DNA from: Orbicella franksi
Lineage: Eukaryota
Length of the DNA: 64,000 nucleotides
Assembly (NCBI GenBank): GCA_964199315.1
Contig: OZ116706.1
Span: 9,300,001-9,364,000, forward strand
Direction of reading: 5' to 3'
Shown piece by piece: positions 12,312-22,855 of this stretch. How positions within the stretch are numbered: position 1 is the first letter of the stretch; every line of letters starts with the position of its first letter. Below the pieces are notes generated by a model. It made no database searches. It worked only from the letters and a program-made list of their open reading frames with translations, and was not told the origin of the DNA. A program made the position numbers and the translations under genes.

Positions 12312-13273
12312 ACTTGACCACTTTGACGGAAATAACTCGATCTCGAACATACCTAGGTGCATGTTATCAACAAGGCTTCCAGGACCTTCATCACAGTAAC
12401 GATGCATAGTCAAGCAAAATTGTCACCAAATATTCTCCGAACAAGCGAAAAGAGATTACATGTAGTATTTTGATTCTTCGAGCTACGGGCTGAATCAAAA
12501 GGAGCTGAATAGATAAGTCGAGTATAAGAATATTCGGCCGAAACAAAACTAAACCGAACGAATACTGACTTCTTAGCCAGAACACCACAACAACTGAAAG
12601 GGTGGATCGATACGCACTTAGGAATGGGGACGATTTAATCAGCAAAAAGGGGTAAATGCCTAAAATATACTATCTTAATTACTGCTGATAGATGGTTGTC
12701 GGAAATATAAAACGTCGTAATACTTCATTGTAGCACAAGGTGATTATTCTGTTCTAAACTTCTAATCTTGTGACTCGTAAATCCTTGAAAAATTTATTTT
12801 TGGCTGAAAGATATGCCCACTGATCAGAACTTAAGATAAACTAGCGCTGGGTTGAGCATTTTGGAAGGGCATGGAGTGGGTCCAAACGAAACTTTTGAAT
12901 GCCCGTTTCAATGACGTCCTTCGCAGATGTCTCGCTACGTCACTTGGAAGCTTCTTTCGTGGATCTACTTCGTACCCCTGTGTGACCAGAACTTGGAATA
13001 TAAGAAAACCTAAGGTGTTTAATTGCCCACGTAATTGAATTAGTATACTATAAATTCAGCTTAGCTAAGATGAAAGAAATTCAGGTTAATAAAACAGTTC
13101 TTCAAATCTACCTTAACACTAGATACCTGGGAAAACTTGTTATGATTTTAGTTTGGAAAGCACAACCACACACGGTGTCTTCCACGCATGATAAAAAAGG
13201 ACCCGACTAGCAATTCTGTTGGCCTTTATTGAACGGTTTCCGGGTACATTTATCAATGTCAAGTCAGTCGGTG

Positions 13274-13291
13274 TAATTACATTAACAGCTG
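13274..13291 (+). promoter_or_regulatory. P3 paired-class palindrome TAATTACATTA plus E-box CAGCTG upstream of G2
   Basis: Conserved in paralogous positions at 18854 (TAATTGCATTAACAGCTG) and 26193 (TAATTACATTAGCAGCTA). Confidence 0.55.
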
Positions 13292-13422
13292 GTAAGCTCA
13301 CACGATCACCACTAGTATACACTGGTGTGAATTGACTGTTACAGTTTGACAGTGAGTTACACTCTCAGTCTTATCAACAAAGAAGCTCTCGTTATTTGCA
13401 TAGAAAGGTAGAAGCACCGTCC

Positions 13423-13549
13423 ATGGAAGCCAATCCATTTTCTATAGAAAGTATTCTGAAGAAAGGTTCTACCTTGAGCGTTGAAGAGGCGACAGAAACC
13501 CAACCCTCAAGATCCAACGACGCCCTATCATTAGCTGTGAAGTTGGCTG
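13423..13549 (+). CDS. DMBX: Dmbx-like gene G2, exon 1 (MEANPFSIESIL...ALSLAVKLA)
   Basis: ATG 13423, eh1-like FSIESIL, phase-1 donor G|GTAAGT. Its pairing with exon 2 at 19227 is inferred. Confidence 0.88.
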
Positions 13550-15049
13550 GTAAGTCCACTTGAACTAGGACTAATGTAGTTTTAGTTAGCGACGGAGCTT
13601 CGATGCTAAAAGTTCTCCGATGCGAAAGAAGGACATTTGCCCTCTACTAGTACATTAGCCACTCATTACCAAACGTAGCGTTCATTTTTGAAATGACCCT
13701 TGGGATACGTTTTAAGCTATTCTACCTCAGCTAATAGCTTAACTGAAACGATATATTGTCGAGCCTAATACTTCACAAAAGACTTCTTTTCAAACGAGGA
13801 TCGCTCTTCTCTTGTGCTGATGGATTTTAGTTACGCCGATTGCTTCACTGATTAAGGGCTTCTTAAACGCAACGAAGTTGATAACAAAAATAAACTGTTT
13901 TCTCGTTTCGAGTGACGTTACAAGAATTACTGAGGTAGAATAATCAATTGGATAAATGACTATGAGCAGCCTATTGCGCATCTATAACTTTAAACGAGCA
14001 AAGCGCACTCAAATTGAACTGACGTGCGCAACATTGGCCGCATGGTATGACCTGACTGTTGTGTGGTATACTTTATTTTCTCTTCCAAGATAACACAGGC
14101 GTATAACATGTAGGTTGCCAACGTGGTTGTATCCATATTTTAGGAGTAATAATTTTACCAATGATCTTGTTAACTTTACTCCAAGTGACGAGGAGGCTTC
14201 AAATTCAACGTTAATGTAAACAAGATAACAAGGGGTGAAGAGCTTCATTTCCAATTTGTTTGAGCCGAGAGCTCAGTTGCACGTGTCTCTCAGTGATGCA
14301 GTATGCAAGTGTTGACGTTTCAAGTTCTCTTTTGCGACAGCGGTTCAGCATACTATGAGAATTATTGTTGAAAATCAGAGAAATGAACGGCAAAAAACAA
14401 CATTAATGAAACGATTGCTGTTTCAAAGAAAATCTGCCAATTTCGTGACCTTCCACTAATCGGTGTTTATCACAAGACTGAACGTTCCTTTGTTTGCCCA
14501 GTTGGCGCCAGAAAAAGATACAACACGTAGATAAAACTAACAAACCATAGGAGCAAAAATACTGTTTCAGTTTACCCCCATTAGTAATTTACACAGCTCA
14601 CAGAAACTTCAGCGAACTGATTCACGGAGTTAAGGAACATTGCAGTAGAGGTTTTACGAAAGAATCACAGGCCAATTTTCCTACTCTTGCATGGTCTTCC
14701 ACTCCTAGCATACATCGAAATTAGTCGTGTTTGTTATCAGTGACCCAATCACCTGACATTGGCGACTCGTGCATTCGTGCTTCTGGCTACAGCAAACATT
14801 TCTGCGTGTTTACTCAGCGTTCAACATGCACGATAAATTGTTATGGCAGTGTCAACAGAGAAAATCTCTACGGATTCGTACTGATGGAAAAGGTGGCTTT
14901 GCCGGTGTTCGAGAAAAGATAAAGATTAAGCAACGCTAGAAGGTCAGCCTCAATTCTGTGTAGTGTGATGATCAGGAGCAGATTATGGCTGAGGGGTCCA
15001 AGGGGGCCCATTTTTGGCCGAAATCGGCTTTCTTGATGGTCTAAATGAA

Positions 15050-15938
15050 GGTTTTTGTTTTATTGGCAAATATTCTTTAAAAGCAATCAGGACCTGAGTA
15101 AAAACACTAAAACCAAGTGTTTAAACACAATGAACGAGATTGAAAGAAAAGCGGAAGTTTGTGGACGATGTGTGAAAATAATAAAGGAAAGGAGAGACTT
15201 CCTGCGATTTGAGTCAGACGGACATACAACACTCCAAGGCTTTAAGTAATTAATCATTCTTAATGAATAAATTGGTAAGTGTAGTCATACATATTGTTAC
15301 GGTGTAATTGCCTAGGAATCGATAACGTGTTGTATACAACACCTTGAACTGCACCCGAATCCAGTGAGAGTCTCGGGAATGCGGGCCTCACCATCTTTTT
15401 GTTTTTTAAAAATCATTTTAACATTGCTCTTTGCAAGATTTTCACGCAAGTGGGGCCGTCAGTATATTTGAAGGGAGTTTTGTGTTGTCCTCTATTTAAA
15501 CTGAAACAGAATTAAGACCATGGATTCTGCCTTTGTACAAGTAGGTGATGGCAGATGTAGCTCGGCGAGATTCCAAGACTGTCACACTCTAGCCGCCTCT
15601 GTCGGCACGCATTTGGGAATGAAAACAATTTAATCTTGCAAATCACAGGGGTAAATACCTTAAAATAAACTGACTAAATGGCTGGTGATAGATGGCTGTC
15701 GGGAAAACAGGACTCGCAATAAATCACAATTTCCCAGGGTCTGGTGATAGAGGGAAATTCTGTACTAATACGTTAATCCTTTGATACGAGAAAAGCTTAA
15801 GACCGTTGTTAAAGGTTAAGCTTGATTCTTGACAAATTTCTCGGGCAATGTCCCTCTTATTATTAACTTAAAACCACAACGCATCTGATAAGACGTGGAA
15901 GCATTCTGGAATTCAAGATACTGCAAGGCGAAGGTCAC
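15050..15938 (+). repeat. Paralogous copy of the G3 upstream region, left part (before the LINE)
   Basis: Collinear blocks with about 24810-25790, e.g. acgatgtg.gaaaat, ttcctgc.att.gagt.aga.ggacatacaa, gtaattaatcat, ccatggatt.tgcctt, gccgcctctgtcgg, gaatgaaaacaatttaatc, aaaataaactgactaaatggctg. The left boundary is approximate. Confidence 0.8.
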
Positions 15939-18620
15939 GTTTCTCGTTTCATGTTTATTGGTATTCCCATATAAATGGTGTTACCTAAATACATAATCGT
16001 TAAATAAAAATTCAAAAACGAAACAAATTACAACAGCAACCGGAAAGAAAAATAAACATAGTTAGTTACAAGATTCTTTATTTTAAGTTCTAGGGTTACA
16101 AAGTTCTCTTATTTGTAGTGCTTCATATGTAAAGTAACCTAGTTTTTTACAAATAAAAGTGTCAGCGTTGTTAAATAGAAATATTGTTTTCTCTGTGTTA
16201 TTAAAGGAATCAAATTTTGGATATTTCTTGATGATGTCATTTGTGACTTGTTGTCTAATATTATTGTATCGGTCACAATGAAATAAGAAATGCATTTCAT
16301 TCTCAATTTGGCTAGAACAGCAGTACTGACAAATTCTAAGAGTTTCAAGTAATTTAGGAGTACAGTGTCGCCCAGATTCAATTCTAAGATTATGATTACC
16401 AGATCGGAGTTTTGCCAAAGCTTGTCTATGTTTGAGGTTCTTTACTTGTTCTAGGTACTCAGATTTGCTTACATCTCTTTTGAAACTTGAGTAGAAATTC
16501 AACTTTCTGTTAGACCGAATTATCTCCATTTGGTGTCTTTTCATATCATTTGAGATGTGACATTTTAGTTTTTGTAAATTATGTTTGATGATTTGTTCAT
16601 TGTAATTGTGTGTGTTTATATTATGCGGATGGTTTTCGTCATCTAAATAATTTTTGATGATTTCATTGACTGTTAACATGAAAGAGGACTTTGCTTCATT
16701 TGCCAGTTGATTCGAAATATCGAGGCATTGTTTGGCAACGCTATCTTCTGGGAGAGAGACAAGATGTAGCCAAAATTTAATAATGCTTGGAAGAAAATTA
16801 AATTTTAACGACAACCGTCCTGTTTCGTTTCGAGCAGCAATATTTGGTGCTCTTCTGTTGAGGCCGAGGTAATATTTGTAAAACTGTGTATGAAGTCTTT
16901 CCACAGGGTCTTTTTCCCATTTTTTCAGGTTTATGCTATCATATGCTCCCTAGATTTCGGATCCGTATAAAAGTGTGGGTTGAAATAGGGTATCAAATAG
17001 TTTATTACACATATTGATAGGAAGTTTATTGAAATCAAGATAACGTTTGGATGCGAAAATAGATCTTCTAGCCTTCTCAACTAAAGCCTTTTTAGAATTT
17101 GAGAAGCTTCCATTAGTGTTAAAAGTAACGCCAAGGTAGGTGTACTGTGAAGCCTTGGCAATTGGAGTTCCATTTAGAAAGAAGGACAATTTGTCACGTG
17201 TTGATTTACGATTTTGTTTTTGGAAAATTAGGGTTTGCGTCTTTTTTAGATTAATTTTTAATAACCTTTTCTCGCTATAATTTTGGAGGGTATTAAGTTG
17301 GTTTTGAAGACCAGCAGCACTGCTTGATATTAATATGAGATCATCTGCATAAAATAAACAATTGAGAGGAGACCCATTTGGTAAAATAATTGGATCTGTA
17401 CCAGTTGAGGATTCTAGTATGCGTGGAAATTCATCTAGATATAAATTCAATAGCAATGGTGAAAGAATACAACCTCGTCGCACTCCTCTGTTGTAATTAA
17501 AGAAGGAGCTTATTTTGTTTCCGTTTTTTATAGCGCATTTAGTTTTTGAATACATATCAGTGATTAAACGATAAAACTGTCCTATTTTATTGTATAGTAA
17601 CTTGTGTAATAACCCACTATGCCAGATAGAGTCAAATGCTTTTTGAAAATCTATGAAGCAGCAAAATAATTTGCCTTTGTTTGTATGTTTCACATGTTTG
17701 TCAATTAGTGTTCTTAAGGAAAAGATGTGGTCGGTTGTTCTGAAACCGTTAAGGAAACCAATTTGAGAGGAATGTAATAAATTGTGATTTTTAAGATAAG
17801 TGAGTAATCTTTTATTTAAGACAGCCGAGAATAATTTACCCAAACAGCTAGTGACACAAATGCCTCTATAGTTCGATGGATTAGACTTGTCCCCTGATTT
17901 GAAAATAGGACTTATTACTCCAGTAGACCAATTATCTGGATAGATTCCTTTACTGAGTAGGAAATTAAATAATTTTGTTAAAGAGGTAGTCAGATAAGGA
18001 ATTCCACATTTTAACATTTCACTCCTTATTCGGTCAAGGGCGACAGTTTTCTTATTTTTGAGCATTTTTATAGAATGTTTAACTTCATCCTCAGAAAAAG
18101 GTTGATCTAATTCAGCAAATTGTGACAGGATTGTTTCTCTGTCTTCTAACTCTTTGATTATTTCATCTTGTTTCTCACAGAAGATTATCGGCATTTGGTG
18201 CCGAATGTAATTGTTGAAAATGATTGTATAGCTTGCGCAAAGGAACATTCGAGTCAGGTGAAGCTTTTTTCTGAGTCGATAAATATCTTAAATTGGTCCA
18301 AAACTCGGTTGAGGTTCTAGTTTTAATGAGTTCGTCAATTTTGTTATCCCGATATTTGAGTTTTTTATGTCGTAATAACTGTTTGTACTGTCTTCTTACA
18401 GACATATATTCTAGTCGAGTTTGCTCGTCGAAAGGATTTTTATGGGTTTTATGTGAAAGGCGGCTTAAAAGTTTTCTTACATTACTGCAGTCACTATCAA
18501 ACCAAATTTGAGAGTGCCTTTTTTCGGAGTTCTTGTTCACTTTTACCAATGGTAACGAATGTTTGGCAGCAGTTTCTAATATTGTTATGAACTTATCTAC
18601 TATTTCGTATCTGTGGATCA
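15939..18620 (-). mobile_element. 5'-truncated non-LTR retrotransposon (LINE; RT plus C-terminal CCHC knuckle; clade uncertain, RTEX/CR1-group-like), antisense in G2 intron 1
   Basis: RT motifs IDFQKAFD, GVRRGCILSP, YADD, YLGV, then LRIESGRH...CQYC...HFLFHC. One frameshift near 18180 and a nonsense codon at 16950-16952 (GSEI*G). 3' end AATAAAC-ATGAAAC-GAGAAAC. No endonuclease domain present; no TSD identified. Confidence 0.93.
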
Positions 18621-18624
18621 TCTA

Positions 18625-18929
18625 ACATGGCCTCAGCGCCTAAATGTGCCATAATGTTAAGTTGGCTGTCTTATTGCTCCTTTACATCTCAGGCACAAGG
18701 ATCGATCAAACTCTGAAATCATTATCTCATCGCTTATTTCTCGATGAACCAGTTGAGTCATGACTCACATTGTAGAGTTGTAGGAGTCCATCGTCGACTC
18801 AGTTTAGATCGCATCGTTTTCCAATATTTGTCAAAACCAAATCTAATTTGGCTTAATTGCATTAACAGCTGCTAACATCAGTCACGGTTATCAAATTTGT
18901 GAGCAAGATATAGTCATTCCATGAGCTAC
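18625..18929 (+). promoter_or_regulatory. Paralogous copy of the G3/G2 proximal promoter, right part (after the LINE), with P3 site at 18854
   Basis: gttaag..tct.attgctc.ttta and aaggat...aact..gaaat.attat align to about 25958-26048; P3/E-box is retained. Confidence 0.7.
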
Positions 18930-18953
18930 ATGGAATGCAATGTCTATTTGATT
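18930..18953 (+). pseudogene. Vestigial Dmbx exon-1 start (MECNVYLI vs MEANPFSI)
   Basis: attccat...ATGGAATGCAAT resembles G3 attccataATGGATACCAAT and G2 ATGGAAGCCAAT. Similarity is lost after about 8 codons. Confidence 0.45.
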
Positions 18954-19226
18954 ACGCCCGTGCACGAAATGTTTATAATTCTACCTATGACACCTCATCT
19001 CTTGTATTTAAAGGGGCTTGTTACCAAGGCTATGCTTATGCGAATATCTTGACGAATTTTAGTAGAATAGCGGACGATGATGCGCTTGATTGCCCAAAAA
19101 CTATTGAGTATCGTACCGGTGGACCAAAGGAAACATTTCATGGAGACAAAATTAAACTCCCTTGTCACATGATCATGGTCATATTATTGCTAATCAGTAA
19201 TTCACAAACGCTTACCTCTTACTTAG

Positions 19227-19405
19227 ACGTTATATTGGAAGCTCGACAAGAGAAAACTCGTCGCATACCGAGACGCACGCGCACGGCCTTCACGCACCAG
19301 CAGTTGGGGATCCTGGAGAAATCCTTCAGTAAAACACATTACCCAGATGTAGAGCTCAGAGAGCAACTGGCTGAGAAGACCAATCTGCAAGAGGGTAGAA
19401 TTCAG
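19227..19405 (+). CDS. DMBX: Dmbx-like gene G2, exon 2
   Basis: Acceptor acttag|, reads [60 protein letters not shown], donor |GTGAAC; 179 nt. Confidence 0.95.
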
Positions 19406-19765
19406 GTGAACTGGTAAATAGATTGCTTAGTAATGTCAGCTAACTTTCTTCTGTGTTTTGAGTCTTCTTGTTTGTTACAACCAAAAATGATTTGGCTCTC
19501 TAATTGACTAAGACCCAAAGGATTGCGGGCGGGCCGAGGGGAACAAGAGAACAAGGAGACCTTCCGCTACCCTCTTTCTCCTATGGGAAAAGGCGAATGG
19601 ATAGCTAGCAAAAAAAGTGCGGGGATGGGGTGGGGTTCGGTATGCATCTCGAGATCCTACTAAACTCCTTTTGGCGTCTATGCGGGATAAACATGGCGCC
19701 TTTTTCATTTTTATTGTCCTATTTTTTTTTCATTTTTATAATGAGGCACATGTTTTACTTTTTAG

Positions 19766-20128
19766 GTTTGGTTTAAAAACAGACGCGCCAAGTATCGAAA
19801 GGAGAAGAAAAAATGTCTCCCAGTGCATAGCAATCAGAACTATGAAAGCGAGGATGAGTACATTGCACCCACCTATCAGGTGATACCAACTCAAAACTTG
19901 TCATCTTATGTTCAGTTTAACACGCTAGTACCGTGCTACTGCAACTGTAACGGTACCGGGGAAACCGTTAGACATTTCTGCAGATTTTCGTCAACGGCGT
20001 GTACCCATTTAGCCTCACATGCTCAGCTGGCACACGCCAATGGGCTTAACAGTTTGTCGTATCCCATGTCGTATGCGAATAACCAAGTAATGGATCATGC
20101 GCACATTGCACATGTGTGGCGAGGATAA
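19766..20128 (+). CDS. DMBX: Dmbx-like gene G2, exon 3 (VWFKNRRAKYRK...HVWRG*); 222 aa predicted total
   Basis: Acceptor ttttag|GTT TGG TTT AAA AAC AGA CGC; in frame with track ORF 19823-20128. Confidence 0.95.
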   Translation, partial: VWFKNRRAKYRKEKKKCLPVHSNQNYESEDEYIAPTYQVIPTQNLSSYVQFNTLVPCYCNCNGTGETVRHFCRFSSTACTHLASHAQLAHANGLNSLSYPMSYANNQVMDHAHIAHVWRG

Positions 20129-20456
20129 ACAAGGACAGGAAGATGGGCGATCGCCTCCTGCGGGAACAAAGATCGGATAGCGTTAGTGGCGAAAATCGGG
20201 ATATGCGATACTCGTGAACTTGGTGCTTACATCAAGTCGTCTTCCGGGAAGAATTGTGGCACTCACATGCAATTTAAGAGGGAAGCGACAGCAAGGCTGC
20301 TGACCACGATTCACAGACAGAACAAGTGGAAAAAAGTGCGATTAATTTTTCCAATAACGAAAACGTGAAAAGTAAAAATAACATAAAGATGAACAATGTA
20401 AATAATTTAGCGTTTGTTATTTAATTTCGTAGAGGAAGAGATTTTCTTAACAATTT

Positions 20457-20694
20457 AACTATAAAACACTGCGACAATATGGAAAAACTTAAAACCATTT
20501 TGGTTTAAAAACATCGACGACGTTTCAACGTTCGCTTAACGTCATTATTAAGTCAACTGAGTGAATAGTATTTGTACCCATTTTATTCACTCAGTTGACT
20601 TGATAATGTCGTTAAGCGAACGTCGAAACGTCTTCGTTGTTTTTCAGCCAAAATGGTTTTACGTTTTTTCCTATTGTCGCAGCGTTTTATAGTT
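20457..20694. repeat. Inverted repeat with 111-bp arms (100/111 identical) and 16-nt spacer; Penelope-like fold-back with decayed hammerhead variants
   Basis: Arms 20457-20567 and 20584-20694 with no indels. Arm consensus gttgac TTGATAA t gacgtt aagcg aacgtc GAAACGTC gtcgat. Confidence 0.85.
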
Positions 20695-21054
20695 GAGTTA
20701 TTTAATTTATTTAGCGTTCATAATTTATTTTACTATTAGTTTCTTTTTGTTGCAAACACGTTCATGTATTATTTACCGAGCTTACTTAGCTTTTAGGCGC
20801 AGCTTGTCAGTGTAGATGGAGTGTGTTGCTGTTGTTGCTATTGCTGCGTGTAGAAGGAAATGCCTCAATTGCCGCATGATTCACTTGGAATTTTCTCTTT
20901 CAAAAGCCTGTTTACGATAAACAGAGCTACAAGAAGATAATTTGGCTTTAAATTTCATGTATCGAAAAGAAACCTCTCCAAAAACAACCTTCAGAATGGG
21001 GAAGTGAAGTTTGCGTCGGACGAATTCCGACACTGCGAACGGTAAGAATCAAAA

Positions 21055-21560
21055 AAAAAAAAATAATAATAACGAATCTTTAGACAGGATTAACCCATCA
21101 GTACTATAAAGTACTGTTATCAAAGGGGTCCTGTAAGATTTAAAAATTTAAAAGTTTAAAATAGGTAAAAAGTTAAAAAGGCAAAACTAGTACATTGGGA
21201 AACATATAAACTCACGATTAAAAATTACAAATAAAAATGTTCGTTGGCCTTTTGCCTAAATAAAAGCCTAGAGTTCAGAGTTCTTATGTCCACCGGTAAA
21301 CTGTTAAAAATTGAAGCCCCTAAAAACGAAAAACTCCGACGGCCAAACTCCAAGTTCATTTTCGGCAGTTCGATCGAGGAAAATCTATTTCTTGTGTTGA
21401 CATTGTGACTTACCCTTGTAAAATAGTTCTTAAAAGGCGTGCATACATTTCCAATTAGACAATCAAAAACATACAGACAGACTTTTCTTTTCAAATAACT
21501 GTCAACTGATGGAATACGAATGCCAGTCTTGTTTTGCAGACCTGAGGAAATGCAGCTTAG
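21055..21560 (-). mobile_element. LINE 3' fragment (CR1/L2-like RT C-terminus plus 3' UTR)
   Basis: HNVNTR...LPKMNLEFGRRSFSFLGASIFNSLP..IR...F is typical of CR1/L2 ORF2 ends; ends in a (TTA)n/T-rich tail. Confidence 0.8.
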
Positions 21561-21801
21561 TCTACGATGTTCGAGGTTGCGAATTAGTTGCCTGCGCGTA
21601 TTTGAATAGCTTAGTGTGATTAGACTACAATAGGTAAAAACCCGTGCCCGAGACGCAAAAGTTTGCACAGTTGAACTGAAGATTTACAAAAGTTAATGTC
21701 AGCTAGTTTAATTGTCCTTTATTGCCACAAGATAATGATTTCTCTTTCATGAGCCCGCTTAACGCGGACACCTTTTATTAATCATAAGGTATTAAGCCTA
21801 A

Positions 21802-21978
21802 CAAGTTGAACCCCGCTATTTCGAACTCTCAAGGGAAAGCAGATACAGGCCGAAATAGCCGGAGTTCGAAATAACTCAGGGTAAATGACTGAGGGTCAAA
21901 TCCAAGAGAAATGGTTTTGTGTTTGAAATAACGGGGAATTCGAAATGACCGAGTTCGATTTAGCGGGGTCCAACCGCA
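21802..21978. mobile_element. pogo/Tc1-mariner-type MITE (related copies at about 32780, 33150, 43025)
   Basis: TIRs agttgaaccccgctatttcgaactc ... gagttcgatttagcggggtccaac, with internal ttcgaaataac repeats. Confidence 0.7.
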
Positions 21979-22784
21979 TGGCCTTTTCGTCAAGACAGGC
22001 ACAACTGTCCGTATTAAGTGGGTGTGCATTCATTCTAACAGCTCGCTTCATTCGGACACTGGGATAACACGCATACTGATGTGTCTTAATATAGGTGACT
22101 TTATAAAAGTAATTGTACTTAACCGTTGGATTGTTATGAAATGATTAGTTAACTAAATGATTGATAATAATTTCATTCTACAAAGTCTACGTACAGCATT
22201 AAATGCCGGCTCACATCATACCCAGCAAAGATTACACTTTTGCTTATGGTTACAGAAACAATTCATCAATGTCATATTTTAAATGTCAAAATAATAAATT
22301 TGTTTGTAATCTTGCAAACTCACATAATCATGAAGGACCCATGAAATATATCCTCAATAGACCCTCACAGTTACAGCTCTAGTGATTCGGTTTAAAAGCG
22401 ATGTTATGTGCATGAAGTAAATCAAATGGTAGTATAGTGCCAATGCATTTCAGTTTCATTTCAAGTTCCAAAGAAAAGAAAAAACGCCTTCGCGCCAGAG
22501 GATATGATCCTGGAGAAAAGCATTTTCTGCACGATCCACCCAGACCCTGTTTTCAGCTTGGCTATAGTGTCATTGTTTTGGTACCACTCGGTTTCGTTAG
22601 CAAAGATTGCCCATTGCCCCATCTCACATTAAGTTCACGCAGTCATCACTAAGCTCAAAGCTAAGAGAACAGGGCAGACATTTAATGGGAGTAGTTTTGG
22701 TGTGGCTTGCTAGCCACACTAAGTCGGCATCCCCAAGTTTGTTAGGTTACGGGAACACGTCGCATATTTGTTAGCTAAGATCTT

Positions 22785-22855
22785 ACGCTGTACAATGGTT
22801 AGTATCCTCGCCTTTCAATCTAGTAGACCCGGGTTCGATACTGGGATCCACCGGC
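22785..22855 (+). pseudogene. Degenerate tRNA-like sequence (tRNA pseudogene or SINE head)
   Basis: TGGTTAG A-box-like, GGTTCGATAC B-box, followed by a T-run. The cloverleaf stems do not close. Confidence 0.35.

Noticed and set aside
20499-20520. TGG TTT AAA AAC (WFKN) resembling another exon 3
   Set aside because: Continues IDD rather than RR, has no acceptor, and lies within the Penelope-like arm.
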